DNA of 58,965 bases, filler included. It is 7 parts of 7 records of this genome, joined end to end, with 100 filler letters (N's around TTAATTAATTAA, not from the genome) between each part and the next. Parts side by side here need not be neighbours in the genome. Positions count along the whole stretch, not along the records: positions 49,502 to 58,965 come from SRR31147125_26795; 6 more parts are not named here. One strand, written 5' to 3'. Under the pieces are notes generated by a model, which ran no database searches, was not told where the DNA came from, and saw only the letters and a list, made by a program, of their open reading frames with translations. Position numbers and translations under genes: made by a program. Below, in pieces: positions 53,353 through 58,965 of this stretch; within the stretch, counting starts at the first letter, position 1, and every line of letters starts with the position of its first letter.

Positions 53353-54789
53353 CTAACCTTTCGGGAGTTCAATTGTAATGGATGTTCCTTCGCCAATTTT
53401 ACTATCAATTGTAATATCTCCGTGGTGAATTTTTACCAATTCATAACACAAATAAAGGCCAAGTCCGGTACCTCTTTCGGTATTCGTTCCTTTTTTTGAT
53501 TGCAGCGGATTTTGTGTTAAAATGGATTCTTTCACTTTTTCCGACATCCCTACTCCTGTATCTGTTAGTTTTATAGCGGTTGTTGCACTATTTTGGATAG
53601 CCGAAAGTGTAATGTCTCCGTCCTTTTCGGTAAACTTTAAAGCGTTTGCTATTAAATTTCGGAGAATGGTGGTTAGCATATTTTCGTCGGCATAAACTTT
53701 AAAGTTGTCCGGAATATTCGAAGAGTAATTAATATTTTTCAATTTAATGTTGCTTATAAAAAGCGAACGAAGCTCCTCTTCAATAGTGTTCAGTATTAAA
53801 ATACCGGGACTGAATGCTATTTGTTTATTTTTAAGTTTTGCTAATTGCAGAATGTTGTCTAACAACGAATACCCCATTTTTGTAGAAGTGATTACATGTC
53901 CCAAAAGACGGTTTGCATCATCATAATCTTTGTTTTCTATTTTATGCGAAATTATTTCGGATAACCCGATTATTCCGTTGAAAGGGGTTTTTAAATCGTG
54001 AGAGATAATCGACAGGTACCTATCTTTTTTTGAATTCTCAATAAGTAATTTTTCGTTTTGGTTCGAAATTGCAATGTTTCTTTTCTGTGTTTTCTGATAA
54101 TGCTGCCATATCCACAATCCCAAAAAACCGAGCAGAAGGATGATTAAATGTGCGGTAGTGGAAATAATTATTTCGTTGTTTTCTAACTGAATAAGGGTTT
54201 TTGCCGGAAACGAAATGCTGATGCCTCCACGAATATCTCCTTCTTTATAACCTTGTTTTGAATGGCAAACCAGGCAATTCTTTTCTGTACGAAGCGGAGC
54301 CATGTATTTGTAATTCCATATTTTATCTGTTTTTATCAGTTCCAATATTTCGGCTGTCCCTTTTTCAAATAACTTAAGGGCTTTGTTTTCCCATTCATCA
54401 GCTTTATTTAAAGGTCGTATTGGATTCAGGCTGGTAATATGAAATTGGAAGTCATACTCATCTTTATTTATTTCTGCAATTTGACGGGTCATAAATGCCG
54501 GATTTATCTTGGTAAGGTGAATCCCGTTCGAAGTAGTTATATCTCTTAAACTGTCGACTAAGTATTCGTTAGGTTGCGTTTTTTCGGTTATTGGCACATA
54601 AACTCCTCCGTGTGAAGCATTCCATGCGCGCGTAACTTTTATTTGGGTAAAAAACGCCCTCGATTTATTACTAACAACTTCCCAGTTATTTGTGCGAATT
54701 ACATTGTAGTTCCAAAATAACGAACCGCAAATAATAATTGTCCACAACAAACAAATTATAAGTAGTTGTTTTTTTTTCATAGTTATCAA
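53353..54789 (-). CDS. Sensor histidine kinase with periplasmic DUF3365 (c-type heme) domain
   Basis: WNASHGGVY, NPAFMTR, ITSLNPIRPLNKADEWE, CLVCH, GDIRGGIS; H-box SHDLKTP; NLIANALKF, DTGVG, GTGLGL. Confidence 0.9.
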   Translation of the reverse strand: MITMKKKQLLIICLLWTIIICGSLFWNYNVIRTNNWEVVSNKSRAFFTQIKVTRAWNASHGGVYVPITEKTQPNEYLVDSLRDITTSNGIHLTKINPAFMTRQIAEINKDEYDFQFHITSLNPIRPLNKADEWENKALKLFEKGTAEILELIKTDKIWNYKYMAPLRTEKNCLVCHSKQGYKEGDIRGGISISFPAKTLIQLENNEIIISTTAHLIILLLGFLGLWIWQHYQKTQKRNIAISNQNEKLLIENSKKDRYLSIISHDLKTPFNGIIGLSEIISHKIENKDYDDANRLLGHVITSTKMGYSLLDNILQLAKLKNKQIAFSPGILILNTIEEELRSLFISNIKLKNINYSSNIPDNFKVYADENMLTTILRNLIANALKFTEKDGDITLSAIQNSATTAIKLTDTGVGMSEKVKESILTQNPLQSKKGTNTERGTGLGLYLCYELVKIHHGDITIDSKIGEGTSITIELPKG

Positions 54790-55004
54790 TAATTATTTAT
54801 TTTCTCGATAACGGAAAATCCCTGCAATTCAATTCAAGTTTTTTTCTCGAATTTCCTGTCTGCCGAACAGGCCGGTATTCAAAATTTAAGCCTATGTGTT
54901 TTAACATAGCACTGTAATTATTCAATACGAATAGAAAGTCAAAAAGATTTCTCTTTCCAAATAAAAATTTTTCGGCTATTCATGGTTGAAAGTTAGTGAA
55001 TGAA

Positions 55005-55049
55005 AAAAAGCTTGTTTCAGAGAGTTTACCAATCTGAAACAAGCTTTTT
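55005..55049. terminator. Intrinsic terminator of the TPR gene (bidirectional shape)
   Basis: Perfect 17-bp IR AAAAAGCTTGTTTCAGA / TCTGAAACAAGCTTTTT. Confidence 0.85.
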
Positions 55050-55062
55050 AAAACTGAACTTT

Positions 55063-58000
55063 TTATAATTCAATTGTAGCCCATAAATTACCAACCGATA
55101 ATTTAACAGCTTTACCCAAATCGTTTTTTGCTTTTGCTTTTTCGTTAAGTCCTTTATAGCCCAAACCGCGAATTGTGTGTGCCATCGACTTTCGTCTGCT
55201 TTCAATTTCGCGTTCTCCAAAAATGGCAAAAAAGTCAATTTCATCTTTCGAATTTAATTGTTCTTCGCCGCGTTTTACCATGGCTTCAAAAATTTTGTCG
55301 GCTTTGTCCTTTTCTTTTAAAGCCAAACAACTAAGTCCCTGGTAGTAATTCATAATTCCAACACGATCTGTAATTTCAACATCGGCCGATTTGCTGTAAA
55401 ATTTGTTTGCAGTTTTGTTGTTGCCAAGTGCTTTGTAAGCCTCGGCAATAAAGTAATTTACCTGAATTTCGCGGTTCCCAAACCGGGCGCTTCCTGCTTC
55501 ATCTTCAGGAACCTGTGCCAGCAAAAATTGCTCAAGTGCTTTTGTGTACTCTTTATTATTGAAATGTTGAATTCCCAAAGTAAGATGTGCGTCAATTATC
55601 ATTTCGCGAACTCGCGATGTGCCTTCTCGATAACTAAAGGTTTTGCCTTCGAGGTACTTAACTGCATTTTCGGGCTGCCCTGCCAACGTTAGTACCATTG
55701 TTTGATGAACAAAGGCATCGTCGCGTTTGCGAACTACCTGGTTTTTACCATCGAACAGTGCCAGTCGGGTTTCAATTGGCGTATTGTTTAGTTCGTAAAG
55801 TTTGTCCAACTCGGCATAAAATATGGCTTCATCGCCGTTTAGTTCAACGGCTTTTTCGTAATACGAAATTGCTTTTTCGTAGTTGTTGTAATGGCGGTAA
55901 TATCCCCAGCCCAAATTGCGCCAGGCCATTGCCAAACCGGGCTCGGCTTCCACTGCCTGCTGATAATAATCAATGGCGCGAGCCGGAAGTCGATCGTAAA
56001 AAATATTACCCAAATAATAATATGCTTTTCCATCTTTTGGGTTGTATTCCAAAGCCTTTTTCAGCACGTTTACTGTTTCTAAACGATAAGGAAAACAATA
56101 GTCTTCCGACATGGCATTTGCTTTATCGAATAAGGTTTTGGCTTCTGTTTTATTTCCTTTTTTATCCTGAATAAAAGCCTGGTAATAAGGAATAAGCGGA
56201 TTGTTGTTTCCCGGTCGGTTTAAAACATCTTCAGCTTCATCAAACATCCCTTCTTTCAAATAACCAACGGCAAGCTCAAGGTAATTTTGGTCGAATCCGC
56301 GCATTTTCTTGCTTAGTTCTTGTAGTTTTTTGTTGGCGGTTTCGTTGCCCAATTCTTTTGCCAATAAATACACTTCATTTCCTATTCTGAAATTTAACGG
56401 GTCAACTTCGTAAACTTTGTTTAACGTTTTATTCGCTCCGTTAAAATCGCCAAGTTTTCGCTGAATAGAAGCTTTTAAGGCAATGGCGCGTGTATTTTTT
56501 GTATTCGTAGAAAGCGACTCGTTAATTTCATCCAGGGCTTTTTTGAAATCGCCTTTTATGCATGAAATCTGTGCCAGCTTGAAATAGGCAGCCGAATGCC
56601 ATGCATAATCCCATGTTGTGCGATAAAGTGTATCAATTGCTTCTTTATACAATCCCATAGCCTTTAAGGTTAAACCTTGCAGGTACAATGTTTCGCAGGT
56701 TTCGGGGCGGGTATAATCGCGGGTAATACGTTTTATAGCAGTAGCCAGGTAATTTCGGGCAGCTTTGTAATCGCCATTCAGCAAGGCTTTTCTCCCCATT
56801 GTTGTGTTGGTACGAATGTCACCCGGATCACGTTTAAGGGCTTCCTCAAAATAATCTAAATCGCTGTACAAGGGATTGTAGAATTGCTCGATACGTTTTC
56901 CGGTAATGTATAATTCTTCAACCGTTTTTATTTCTTCCGGCTTTCTTGGGGCTTTTACAACCGGTGGCAACGCTGGCTTTTCATAAATTTTAGCTTGATA
57001 ATTAATAATTTGTTTTCCCGATTCAAGGTCAAGCATTTCAGTGTACAAATCAGTCATATCAAAGTCGCCGTCCAATTTAATTTCCTGGGTAAAAGCTTTT
57101 TCAGGCGAAATCTCAATTTCTTTTTCAGAATAACCTCGTTTCCCTTTTTCAGAATTATTTGTGCCCGCTTTAGTTTTTGTGTTGAATAATAGCCCAGAAA
57201 TACTTTATTCCCCTCTCTTTTATCCAAATTAACTGCTGCGTTTAAGTTGGCATTTTTAAAGCCCTGAATATCTTTTACCGGGTACCAGTATTGTTTCCAT
57301 CGTTTGGTTTCGTAGGGCATAATCCAGCTGTAATCGGGTTGATTATCAGAATAAGCGCCTACCATAATTTCAACATACGAACCGCTGGTTTCGGTAAGTC
57401 TTCCTTCGGTCGCCTGTCCGCGAGGTCCGCTTCCCCATTCCCAAAGTTTTGCGCCCTTTATAATGTTATGGTCGCCAATATGCACGGTGCCGGTTTGTGT
57501 TCCATGGTCGTATCCTCCCATAAAATCTTCCTGTAAATCGTGGGCAAAAAACGATGCATTTCGTCGTACATTTTTCCACCACGTAATATCGGTACCTTCT
57601 TCGCCGTAATCAACACCACGGTATGTAGTTGTTGAAATGGGCCAGTGCGTAAACTCGGTTTTCGAATGGAAAGTTGCCAGCTGAACACTTGGCGGAAAAA
57701 TGGTTTGAAAGTTATTGTTGGTATGTGCGGCAACGTTTGCCCAATACAGAAATGTGTTTTTGTTTGGTGTTGGATTATAAAGCGAGAGTTCGGTTTCGAA
57801 ATACGATTTTCCCGGAAAAGCAGTTACGCCAACTGTCCAGCGCATTCCATGGCGAGGTTCGGTTTCGCCGGTGTAAATAGTTTTGCTGCCATCTTCGTTT
57901 TCCACCATCGAATAATCCATGGGTAAAAAGGTTGATGCCCGGTGATGATGGAATACGCACCACTCAATTCCGCCTGATACCCAGGCGCCGGTCATCCCAA

Positions 58001-58373
58001 TGTTTCCGGGTTTTACCTCGTTGTTTTTATATACAAAGTTATAGTCGGAGGTTTTGTCGGTTGCATAGTAAAGTTTGCCTCCAATTTCGGGTGTAATTCC
58101 CAGTTTTATATAGTCGTTTTCCAGCACCAGAAATTGCCAGTCTTGATTTTCGCGAATGCCTGAAATTTGGTCGTTTAAAGGCAGTGGGTAAGTATAACGC
58201 GAAGCGCCCTGAAATTTATCGTTGGTGAAAAATACAGGTGCCTTCTCGGGTGGCTTAATTTTGTAAGTGGGCAGGGGAATTTGCTCTTCGTACATTTTTA
58301 CCTGCGCAAATAAAGCTCCGCTCATAAAAAAGAATACAATTTCCAGTAAGGTTGTTTTTAGTTTTTGGTTCAT
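55063..58373 (-). CDS. DUF5107 + TPR-repeat exported protein (frameshift at T5 run 57121-57125)
   Basis: LENDYIKLGITPEIGGK, GAWVSGGIEW, YWANVA, GAKLWEWG, DNQPDYSW. One extra A gives LKKEIEISPEKAF and joins the TPR ORF 55063-57075. Confidence 0.88.
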
Positions 58374-58459
58374 TTTTATTGATTTTAGGTTATTTGTTTT
58401 TCAGATTGTAGTTTAAATATGGATTCAAGAGCTGAAAAGTTTTTTATCGCTGCGTTAAA

Positions 58460-58965
58460 TTATTTAAGCTGAATCACATTCAAATGATCAAAATTCACCA
58501 TTCCTTCAGGTGCAACTTTAATGCTGTTTTTACCTTTTTCGAGTTTAACAATCATTCTATCCCACACCCATGAATCAGGTTCGGCACTTTCCCAAAAAGT
58601 AAGCCCGTCAACAGCTTGGTTATTCACTTGCAAATGCGCATCTAAACGAATCTGTCGCCCCATGCTGTAACGGAATTCAAGAATATATTCGCCGCTTTCA
58701 GGAGCTTCGTATTCCCAGTTAACCGAAACATAAGCATGTCCATGACGGCTGCTTAAATATCCGGTACCGGTGTATCCGGGTATTTTCGATGATTTTTCGG
58801 TGACAGCGTATTTTGCATTTTCTGCTTCTAAAATAGTTCCGCCCGGCATTGGTGCCATCGATGGCACATTTAATTCGCCTCCATTCGAACGGATTTCCAG
58901 GTAAACATGTCGGTAATACTGCTTCCAGTCAACATGCCCAACACGATTTGTCCACAGCGGATTTT
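58460..58965 (-). CDS. C-terminal part of a protein ending in a CBM6/CBM35-like module (5' end outside window)
   Basis: Frame open to the window edge. LEAENA...GYTGTGY...YILEFRYS...VKLEKGKNSI...NFDHL. Confidence 0.75.
   Translation of the reverse strand, partial: NPLWTNRVGHVDWKQYYRHVYLEIRSNGGELNVPSMAPMPGGTILEAENAKYAVTEKSSKIPGYTGTGYLSSRHGHAYVSVNWEYEAPESGEYILEFRYSMGRQIRLDAHLQVNNQAVDGLTFWESAEPDSWVWDRMIVKLEKGKNSIKVAPEGMVNFDHLNVIQLK

Noticed and set aside
2642-58373. Frameshifted genes as pseudogenes, phase variation or programmed frameshifting
   Set aside because: Each has a single indel in a short run with otherwise intact sequence, across unrelated genes and contigs. Sequencing error is the simpler explanation.

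Overview
This window is not one locus. It is seven unrelated contigs joined by six identical 100-nt spacers (N44-TTAATTAATTAA-N44): C1 1-12878, C2 12979-21508, C3 21609-29475, C4 29576-36313, C5 36414-44155, C6 44256-49401, C7 49502-58965. C1, C3, C4 and C7 look like Bacteroidales (SusC/FecR/ECF, TAnnTTTG promoters, few Shine-Dalgarno sites). C2, C5 and C6 look like another FCB lineage such as KSB1, Calditrichota or Ignavibacteria (AGGAG-type RBS, YPNPFNP/FlgD-type C-terminal domain). The source is therefore probably a metagenome or a mixed bin. Content is mostly carbohydrate utilisation: GH29, two GH92, GH78, a sialidase, a clan GH-A enzyme, Gfo/Idh/MocA oxidoreductases and a polyol catabolic cluster, plus regulators and outer-membrane proteins. 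Eight genes are split by single-base indels, mostly in homopolymers, which I read as sequencing error. The most striking candidate system is in C1: a divergent AraC regulator, a lipoprotein six-hairpin glycosidase-like gene, and a 994-aa ROK kinase-MurQ etherase-MFS permease fusion. The MurQ-MFS junction could be a homopolymer artefact. Non-coding highlights are a candidate antisense sRNA between fecR and susC, an attC-flanked integron-cassette-like peroxiredoxin gene, a duplicated promoter/operator with structured downstream RNAs, and a dispersed repeat family at two contig breaks. I saw no rRNA, tRNA, CRISPR array or intact transposase.
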